39,759 nucleotides of DNA. It comes from Candidatus Kaiserbacteria bacterium (GTDB lineage Bacteria > Patescibacteriota > Minisyncoccia > Phycocordibacterales > Phycocordibacteraceae). Below the pieces are notes generated by a model that was not told the DNA's origin, did no database searches, and saw nothing but the letters and a program-made list of their open reading frames with translations. The DNA lies in the NCBI GenBank assembly GCA_011322135.1, contig DRNP01000044.1, forward strand, positions 1 to 39,759. The letters run 5' to 3'. Both the position numbers and the translations under genes were made by a program. Below, piece by piece: positions 20,709-27,123 of this stretch; the stretch's first letter is position 1; each line of letters begins with the position of its first letter.

Positions 20709-21347
20709 ATGCAAGACAATATAGTGCATTATCTGATAACGCTAATGCTCGACGTGTTTTACCCGCCGAGAGACGATGAAATTATAGTACGAAAATGCAC
20801 TGTAAATAAACTTGCGGATATTTCTTTTCCGAAAAAATATCAAGTATGCAACACGGAAGTGACAGCCCTTCTCCCTTTTCAAAACAAAACCGTGCGCGCA
20901 CTGATACACGAAGCAAAATACCATTCTAATAAACGCGCATTTTTGTTACTCGGCTCCGTACTGAAAGACTATCTTATGGAACGTAGCGAGGAAGAAGGAT
21001 TCGGAAAGATGGCGCTTGTACCGATACCGATTTCTTCCGCGCGCCTTAAGGCGCGCGGGTATAATCAGACAGAAAAAATTGCGCGCGAGGCGGTTCAGGA
21101 AAACATCCAGCTTGAAACAAAAATTCTAAAACGCGTAATTGATACCGTGTCGCAAACAACACTGCCTAGAAGGAAGCGACTTTCAAACATGCGCGGCGCC
21201 TTCGGCGCCGCGCACCCTATTGACCGCGATTGCACATATATAATTTTTGATGATGTGGTAACGACAGGAGCCACAATGCAATCTGCAATAGATGCTCTCG
21301 CCTCAGGTGGAGCTACACGTATTATGCCGATTGCACTTTCACACTAA
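20709..21347 (+). CDS. comF: ComF-family phosphoribosyltransferase-domain protein
   Basis: PRTase motif IIFDDVVTTGATM. Start trimmed to ATG 20709, because the track ORF extends antisense into pilM. Confidence 0.8.
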   Translation: MQDNIVHYLITLMLDVFYPPRDDEIIVRKCTVNKLADISFPKKYQVCNTEVTALLPFQNKTVRALIHEAKYHSNKRAFLLLGSVLKDYLMERSEEEGFGKMALVPIPISSARLKARGYNQTEKIAREAVQENIQLETKILKRVIDTVSQTTLPRRKRLSNMRGAFGAAHPIDRDCTYIIFDDVVTTGATMQSAIDALASGGATRIMPIALSH

Positions 21348-22552
21348 CGACACTCGGCCACAGAAAGTATGTCTCTTTCTTTCATAAATACCACCATAAA
21401 CGCAACCGCCAAGAGCACAAGTGCAATAGATAAATATGCAAATTGCTCTGAAGCAAACAAAAGGACTGTCGCGGGCAACACTTTTGCTACAAACCTGCCC
21501 GCTTGATTTGAAGTGCTGTAAATCGGATATAATCGCTCTTCGTCTTCAGCTTTGCTAACAAGCGAAAAGAAAAAAGTATCCTGTATCGGTTCGACAAAAA
21601 GAGTTGCAACACCGGCAAAAGGAATAATCGCAAGCAACAAATACGCATTCCCGATAAAGCTTGCTCCAACAAGAATTATTACCATCAACATAAATCCAAG
21701 AACAAAAAACGGTTTAAACGCACGACTTCGTATAACTTTCCCGATTTTAAAATCAAAAAGTGCATGTATGAGCGCCATCACACTTATCGCACCCCCAATG
21801 TATGCCGGAGAAACACCTTTTTCCACCAAGAAGATCGGTATATAAATTACGATGAAACTGTTTATAACGTTCAAACCAAATCTTGTAGCATACGGATAGA
21901 TTAATTCCGGACGAATAAAATATCCATGTAGATTTTTAAAAACATTACCATCGATTTTTTTGAACTTTTTTTGCTTATAAAAAACATCACTAAATATCAA
22001 CATCAAAAGTGCCACAAAAAACATACCTGCAGTGAGTACGAAAACTAATGTAAAACCATATTGCGCGAGCAATAATCCTATAAGCACAGGAGCTATAAAC
22101 CACCCGAGGTTTACAAGTGCGAACATTAAACCCTCACGCTCCGGTAGTTTCTTGCGCGACGTCGTATCTCGAAACAATATTGCAAAACTTCCAAACCGAA
22201 GAGTTACAGCCGTGGCAACGCCACCCGCTAGGAAAAGAAAAACTATTTTGCTGGAGGAAAACCCTGCGATTAAATATGAAATCGTATATAAAAGCAAACT
22301 CAATATAAGCACCCTTCGCGGTCGAAAAAATTCGAGTATCGGTGTACTCCACAATGCTATGCCGAGTGACAACAAAACAGCAGCCCCTGTTACATATCCA
22401 ACTTCTGAATCTGAAAAACCAATATGGTGCATGTACAAACTCCATATTGTCGCAGCTGAAGCCGTGCCTAGCGAAAATACAAAACGAATAAGTGCAAGCT
22501 TATAATTTGTGTCTATATTGTGATACCTCTCTTTAACTAAAAGTGGAAACAT
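21344..22552 (-). CDS. MFS transporter
   Basis: About 12 hydrophobic segments in 402 aa. Confidence 0.75.
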   Translation of the reverse strand: MFPLLVKERYHNIDTNYKLALIRFVFSLGTASAATIWSLYMHHIGFSDSEVGYVTGAAVLLSLGIALWSTPILEFFRPRRVLILSLLLYTISYLIAGFSSSKIVFLFLAGGVATAVTLRFGSFAILFRDTTSRKKLPEREGLMFALVNLGWFIAPVLIGLLLAQYGFTLVFVLTAGMFFVALLMLIFSDVFYKQKKFKKIDGNVFKNLHGYFIRPELIYPYATRFGLNVINSFIVIYIPIFLVEKGVSPAYIGGAISVMALIHALFDFKIGKVIRSRAFKPFFVLGFMLMVIILVGASFIGNAYLLLAIIPFAGVATLFVEPIQDTFFFSLVSKAEDEERLYPIYSTSNQAGRFVAKVLPATVLLFASEQFAYLSIALVLLAVAFMVVFMKERDILSVAECR

Positions 22553-22663
22553 ATTTCATTTTGCTATTTTTTATTCCACACAATAATAACACGCAAAATA
22601 TAATTATTCCCAAACAGTCACTCCCCGTTACAAATTTATATTTTTAAAAAGTCTTTCAACCTT

Positions 22664-22734
22664 CTCGTCGTCACGTGCTCGCTCCGCTCGCACGGCTCTG
22701 CGACGACTCGGTTCGAATCCCACCGTCTCGCGCA
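22664..22734 (+). repeat. module half B1: 3' half of the 159-nt tRNA-Ser-derived module, with a variant hairpin
   Basis: Its last 35 nt are identical to B3. It contains ggttcgaatcccaccgtctc, an inverted copy of the last 20 nt before the final CG of the tRNA-Ser at 27327-27411. Confidence 0.8.
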
Positions 22735-22784
22735 AAAACATAATCGCACGACGCATTCGCGTCGCGCTCTTTGTTTTGCGGAGA
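22700..22784 (+). repeat. left 85-bp exact direct repeat (partner at 27248-27332)
   Basis: Compared by hand, base for base. Both copies end in gcggaga, the reverse complement of the tRNA-Ser 3' terminus. Confidence 0.9.
22746..22777 (+). terminator. intrinsic terminator after B1
   Basis: cgacgc-attc-gcgtcg hairpin followed by ctctttgtttt. Confidence 0.6.
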
Positions 22785-22876
22785 ACAAGTTATGGGCTTC
22801 GGTCACTCTCGCGGGTTTTTCTTTCACGCTTTGCGCTCATAAAAACCTCGCTCCATTGACCGCCACTCGTCGTCAC
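22778..22876 (+). repeat. module half A1: 5' half of the 159-nt module
   Basis: 99/99 identical to A3 (27124-27222) and 97/99 identical to A2. Confidence 0.85.
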
Positions 22877-22898
22877 GTGCTGGCTTGATAGTTTCGTG

Positions 22899-22907
22899 TG
22901 GTATAAT
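22899..22907 (+). promoter_or_regulatory. extended -10 promoter (TGgTATAAT) for the RT leader
   Basis: tgg at 22899-22901 plus TATAAT at 22902-22907. TTGATA lies 12 nt upstream, so it is not a canonical -35. Confidence 0.45.
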
Positions 22908-22913
22908 ACCAGA

Positions 22914-23425
22914 TACAGCACCTTGAAACAGAGTGAAGTAAGCTTCAACGAATCGTCCTGTTACAGAGCATTTGCTCAACATCCCTTGTCTCATCGGTGC
23001 ATGGGGATTTTGTTTGTTCAGGCGCGCCGTTCATTCGACGTGACTGCTAACACTAGCCTGCTCATTGAGCTCGTCTAAGTTTTAGCGGTATCCTGACAGG
23101 AGACATCAGTCATTAAGATTGACATATCCATCCGGCTACAAGCGGTAATCCGTGAGGACTGCTACTCGTCCTGGTGTAACGCTACTCAGGACGAGTAGTT
23201 GTGCCTTGCGAATTACATAGTTGTAGCCGTTACTAGAATGGTCTCACTGTTTAATTTTGCAACGAGTATGAACGACTTAAAAAATCGAACGACGTTTACT
23301 TCAAGCGTTACACACAGTGAGACGGCAATAAGTCAAATTCTTGAAGAATTTTCTCAAGATGGTGTGCAAAGCATTCACCGTTCAACTCTCTCGGGAGCTG
23401 ATCAAGGTGATACTGCGCGCCATTT
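22914..23425 (+). ncRNA. candidate structured non-coding leader / RT-associated ncRNA
   Basis: About 510 nt between the promoter and the RT gene, with only one weak small ORF. It contains a 97-nt three-helix hairpin (23133-23229) and a 10-bp long-range stem (23241-23250 with 23314-23323). Confidence 0.5.
23133..23229 (+). other. 97-nt compound hairpin (msd-like)
   Basis: Outer stem cggctacaa/ttgtagccg (9 bp), middle stem gtaat/attac (5 bp), and inner perfect 12-bp stem ctactcgtcctg/caggacgagtag with a 13-nt loop. Confidence 0.6.
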
Positions 23426-23447
23426 TTGGCGCATAGCCGTCTCTTAG
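23268..23447 (+). CDS. possible small ORF (59 aa) overlapping the RT frame
   Basis: ATG 23268 has only a weak SD. The stop TAG at 23445-23447 lies 5 nt before RT ATG 23453. The RT frame is already open from 23411. Confidence 0.25.
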   Translation: MNDLKNRTTFTSSVTHSETAISQILEEFSQDGVQSIHRSTLSGADQGDTARHFWRIAVS

Positions 23448-23452
23448 CGTAT

Positions 23453-24460
23453 ATGCGCAAACACTACACCCACAAACATCCAAAGTTAAACCTACGCACA
23501 GAAAAAGATCTGCTGCATTTTTTAAATGCCCGGAAGACCGTAAAACTCAAAGGCAAAACTGTCAGGAGGCAAGTAGCAACTAAGGATCTGTCATATCTCG
23601 ATAAAAACTCCCGCAGTGACTGGAACGATCACCCTTCAGAATCTAAGCCGGAAAATGGAAAATACGTTCGCTATATCAAACAGGGCTCGACACTAGATAT
23701 TTCAAACAGAAGGCTAAACGCCGCACTCAAACAAACTTTAGACAAGAAGGTGCCAAGCATATTCTACGGGTCAGTCTCGAAAAAAAGTCACATACAAGCC
23801 TCAAGGGCGCTGTGCAATGGGAAAAGCACCGTCATCATATCGCTGGACGTCACTAGATTCTTTGAGTCAGTGTCGCTGGCGCGAATCTTTAGGTTTTTTC
23901 GTAAAGCGGGATGTTCTACCGAGATAGCAGATATACTTGTCGAGCTCACCTGTGTACCTCTCGGTGCGAAAGAACATCCTCAGTCCGGCTTCTCAATCGC
24001 GCGCGGTTTCCCCACCTCACCGCGCCTAGCGCTGTGGGCAACATTCGAGATATTCGTGAAGTTAAATCGTATTTTACAAAAGCGTTATGGGCACTTGTCG
24101 CCAAAACTCGTGGTATTTGTGGATGATGTCGGTATTTCACTAAAGAACTCCACCCCAGAAGAGATAGAAGAAATAAAAGCACTTTCGTTTGAAACAATAG
24201 AGAGTGACAAAAATGGTATTCATTTAGTGGTACACAAGGAAGCTCCAAAGTTAAAAGTCCAGTCTATAGACCAAAATGCAGAACATCTCGGTCTTGTGAT
24301 AGGAAAAAATAGTTTGTCGCCAAGCTTTGAAACACGGCACAAAATAGGTTATGTGAAAGCTCAGCTAAGTAAGCAGACGTTATCGACTGAAAATCGGGAC
24401 AGAGCCCGAAAAAACAAACGTGGTTTAATGAACTACAAACGTTCGGTGTCCAATGGCTAG
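23453..24460 (+). CDS. RT-only reverse transcriptase (retron/Abi/UG-like); alternative TTG start at 23426
   Basis: RT1-2 GKYVRYIKQGSTLDISNRRLNAALKQTL; RT3 VIISLDVTRFFESV; RT4 ARGFPTSPRLA; RT5 VVFVDDVG (nt 24116-24127); RT7 HLGLVIG. No additional domain. Confidence 0.8.
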   Translation: MRKHYTHKHPKLNLRTEKDLLHFLNARKTVKLKGKTVRRQVATKDLSYLDKNSRSDWNDHPSESKPENGKYVRYIKQGSTLDISNRRLNAALKQTLDKKVPSIFYGSVSKKSHIQASRALCNGKSTVIISLDVTRFFESVSLARIFRFFRKAGCSTEIADILVELTCVPLGAKEHPQSGFSIARGFPTSPRLALWATFEIFVKLNRILQKRYGHLSPKLVVFVDDVGISLKNSTPEEIEEIKALSFETIESDKNGIHLVVHKEAPKLKVQSIDQNAEHLGLVIGKNSLSPSFETRHKIGYVKAQLSKQTLSTENRDRARKNKRGLMNYKRSVSNG

Positions 24461-24775
24461 CTAACGAGAATCTTTCTGATTTTTTACTATAAATATAGAG
24501 ACAAGAAAAATTAAAGTCGCGACCACATCAAAAAACTGCCACGTTCCTTTTTGTAGGTAGAATGGCGCTATTGGGTTGAACAGCACGGCAGTCAAACCAA
24601 ATGCTACTGTCCAGCCAATCCGCTCACTCTCATAGGTTTGATACGCACGATACAAGCCTATGCCACATACGACCCATCGCAGTAATTGAAAATATGAATA
24701 AGGCCAACTCAGTAACGCTCCAAATAAAAACAAAGTGGCAATAAGCGCAGACCAATTTTCCTTAAGACTTTTCAT
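24461..24775 (-). CDS. small polytopic membrane protein
   Basis: 104 aa with 3-4 hydrophobic segments and an AVLFNPIAPFYL..W..FDV motif. Its stop abuts the RT stop. Confidence 0.6.
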   Translation of the reverse strand: MKSLKENWSALIATLFLFGALLSWPYSYFQLLRWVVCGIGLYRAYQTYESERIGWTVAFGLTAVLFNPIAPFYLQKGTWQFFDVVATLIFLVSIFIVKNQKDSR

Positions 24776-24800
24776 GTTTTTTGCTCTCGACGCACAGCCC

Positions 24801-25433
24801 TTATGACTTTCTCATATCGACATCCTCTTCAATCTCCGGCAGAACACCAAAATCGTGAATCAATTTTTCTTCTGAGACGTCTTTTGAGCTAAGAGAATTG
24901 TCATAATCTTCTTTTAAGATTTGATAGCTTCCATACAACTTTTTAAATTCCTCTCTCGGGATGTGCCCATTAAACGAGCTACCATCTTTAAAAACAATAT
25001 CGTCGTGCATACTCTTAAGCTCCAGGTTCTCTTGATAGATATCCCAGCTTGGATAAACAGTGTTTATAAAAAGCCCTGCCCCTACGGTTTGAGCAGCTTC
25101 AAACATTTTTGCGTCCTTCTCTTTCTTAAGGAAGTCAAGAAAAATATAGAAGGCGCACTTTATATAATTCTTTGGATACGGTAGTAACGATCTAGGGACA
25201 AAACCTCGATACATCGCATGTATTTCGTCGATATTCATTTTGTTGAAATCGTTGAACTCCAGAAATACTTTTCGGGCAAGCGTATAGTTTGGCTCGTCAG
25301 CAGTAATTACACCCTGATCTTTTAGGCGGTTGTAAGTTTCAACCAATACCTCGACGGACACATCTTTCAAACTATCCTCTTTAGTCTCCTCGTACTTGAG
25401 GAAGTCGTGAATCTTTTTAAGTAACGCTTTCAT
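24801..25433 (-). CDS. hypothetical protein
   Basis: 210-aa acidic soluble ORF. No motif recognised. Confidence 0.55.
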   Translation of the reverse strand: MKALLKKIHDFLKYEETKEDSLKDVSVEVLVETYNRLKDQGVITADEPNYTLARKVFLEFNDFNKMNIDEIHAMYRGFVPRSLLPYPKNYIKCAFYIFLDFLKKEKDAKMFEAAQTVGAGLFINTVYPSWDIYQENLELKSMHDDIVFKDGSSFNGHIPREEFKKLYGSYQILKEDYDNSLSSKDVSEEKLIHDFGVLPEIEEDVDMRKS

Positions 25434-25440
25434 GGTTTAT

Positions 25441-25620
25441 TCAACGAATATAATCAAGAGCTTAGGCGATTTTGGAGAGAGTGTCAATCGTTGGATTTTG
25501 GTTCGTGCCATTTTCTATCTTTACAATGGTATTGAGAGACAAATCAGCAAGGCGGGCGACTCTCTCAAGAGAGTAACCTTTTTCGGCACGTATCTTTTTT
25601 TAATTATTCGCTATGCTCAT
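25441..25620 (-). pseudogene. XRE-family HTH regulator interrupted by two in-frame TAA codons
   Basis: Minus-strand translation: MSIANN*KKIRAEKGYSLERVARLADLSLNTIVKIENGTNQNPTIDTLSKIA*ALDYIR*. This is an otherwise intact HTH_3-type sequence with no frameshift. Confidence 0.7.
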
Positions 25621-25787
25621 GGTGAGATTATATAATTTAGTATATAGATTACAGTATAAAGTATGAAAGCTTTATATCTAAATTATAGCTGTTTATTACG
25701 ATTTTGCACTGAATGTGAGATGCATGGAGATAAATCCTTACAAATTCTATAAAAAGTAGTGTACGAAATGTGCGCTACTTTCATTTT

Positions 25788-25946
25788 GCGGAGAACAAGT
25801 TGTGGGCTTCGGTCACTCTCGCGGGTTTTTCTTTCACGCTTTGCGTTCATAAAAACCTCGCTCCATTGACCGCCACTCGTCGTCACTTGTTCGCTTTGCT
25901 CACAAGGCTTCGCGACGACTCGGTTCGAATTCCACCGTCTCGCGCA
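25788..25946 (+). repeat. module copy 2 (A2-B2), 159 nt
   Basis: It has 4 substitutions relative to copy 3. One of them (gccttg to gctttg) turns a C-G pair of the inner hairpin into a U-G pair. Confidence 0.85.
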
Positions 25947-26127
25947 AAAGCACACTCTTAAACGTTCTTCTTTTATTGTTTTTATATATATGCCAACACC
26001 AACACATTACCGTGTCGGGCAAAAACCGCCATATGTGTGTATACATTACCAATTCTACTTGACTTATAGCTACCGGTCGATATACTGGAAATATATCTAT
26101 GAAAAGGCACTTCGTACGGGCGCGTCC

Positions 26128-26631
26128 CTACGCGGTGCTTTTTCTTTTTGCTATCTTTCCCTCCAGTGTATCCATATAGACCATTTTGTCTCTTGCTGAT
26201 TTACGTAAAAGTGTAGAGCAACGATTCTTTTGTGGACTCAATACAGCTTGAAGCTTCTGATTATCGTAGAGATAGCGTGCTAATGAATAAAAGTCACCGT
26301 CACTTGTTATCAAGATTGCTTTATCATAGTTTTGATAATCAATCATCGTCTGCAAAACCATATCCGCATCGACATTACCTTTTACACCGTCCTTACCATT
26401 TGGTAAGACTGGTTTGAATTTAAGAATGAAACCTGCTTGTTGTAATTCATCATATATATCATTATGTTCAGGTATAAAACCAATGAACAAATATGCTTTT
26501 GTGACACGATACTTATTTTTTAAATATATTCGAAACCGTTCCCAATCAATGAACCAGCCCAAATCATACTTAGTGCCTTGGTAGACATTTTGACTATCTA
26601 TAAATGCGTAATTGCTAACTTTCTTTGGCAT
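26128..26631 (-). CDS. NYN/LabA-like (PIN-fold) ribonuclease-domain protein
   Basis: AFIDSQN, GNVDADMV and ILITSDGDF motifs. Confidence 0.75.
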   Translation of the reverse strand: MPKKVSNYAFIDSQNVYQGTKYDLGWFIDWERFRIYLKNKYRVTKAYLFIGFIPEHNDIYDELQQAGFILKFKPVLPNGKDGVKGNVDADMVLQTMIDYQNYDKAILITSDGDFYSLARYLYDNQKLQAVLSPQKNRCSTLLRKSARDKMVYMDTLEGKIAKRKSTA

Positions 26632-26643
26632 AAGTATATCTAC

Positions 26644-26811
26644 TTAAAAAAAAATACATTTCACAAACGGCTTCGGCTTTTCTCTCACCAATCGAGCAGC
26701 ATCCTCAAACAATCTTGTTTTGTCGGCATTATGAAAAACATGACGTGCGTATATTTTATTGATATTCAACTCATGTACAAGTTTTGTGATTGTTTGCTCG
26801 GTAGTCATCAT
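26644..26811 (-). CDS. possible small ORF (55 aa) upstream of the NYN gene
   Basis: MMTTEQTITKLVHELNINKIYARHVF... It starts 1 nt after the stop of the decayed XRE frame and ends 12 nt before the NYN ATG. Confidence 0.3.
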   Translation of the reverse strand: MMTTEQTITKLVHELNINKIYARHVFHNADKTRLFEDAARLVREKPKPFVKCIFF

Positions 26812-26812
26812 T

Positions 26813-26996
26813 TTATTTTAACAGTTCCGTGGTGCTAACTCCAAACACCTTAGCCAGTTTGAAACTTGTCGGCTCCTGCCCGGATCACTTCACCAAAGAT
26901 ATGGCTGCAAGGATTTTTATCTTTGAGAAGTCGGGTGGAGCGAGACAACGAGGTGTGCGAGACTCCAATGCGTAAACGCTCTGCTTGTGCGAGTTG
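26813..26996 (-). pseudogene. decayed XRE-type HTH regulator
   Basis: Minus-strand frame reads ISLVK*SGQEPTSFKLAKVFGVSTTELLK*. An upstream QLAQAERLRIGVSHTSLSRS segment lies in another frame. Confidence 0.45.
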
Positions 26997-27083
26997 CTAA
27001 TCGCAGAATAATTGTTGTTCAAAAAAAGTTCGAGCGAAATGCACAGTCTCACCGCAAAATGTAATTTCCTCCCAGAGAATGCA

Positions 27084-27123
27084 AGAGCACGACGCGCCTT
27101 CGGCGCGTCGTGCTCTTTGTTTT
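27084..27123 (+). terminator. strong hairpin plus T-run preceding module copy 3
   Basis: agagcacgacgcgcc-ttc-ggcgcgtcgtgctct followed by ttgtttt. It is preceded by a degenerate B-like remnant (about 27029-27067). Confidence 0.6.

Noticed and set aside
22636-22827. ORFs of 63-90 aa translated across the repeat modules (22636..22827, 25683..25955, 25770..25961, 27079..27291, 27136..27351)
   Set aside because: They are translations, on both strands, of the same repeated RNA-like sequence and terminator hairpins. They have no SD and no protein-like composition.
22877-24460. Group II intron hypothesis for the RT locus (GTGCT right after module A1)
   Set aside because: The RT is only about 335-344 aa and lacks a maturase/X or En domain. 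GTGCT is also present in B1 and so is not an insertion boundary. No domain V-like hairpin or intron 3' end was found, and the downstream DNA codes on the opposite strand.
25441-26996. Alternative genetic code (TAA or TGA reassignment) to explain in-frame stops in the XRE genes
   Set aside because: All large housekeeping genes in the window are intact under the standard code and terminate at TAA, TAG or TGA. The second XRE also has a frame change, so decay is the simpler explanation.
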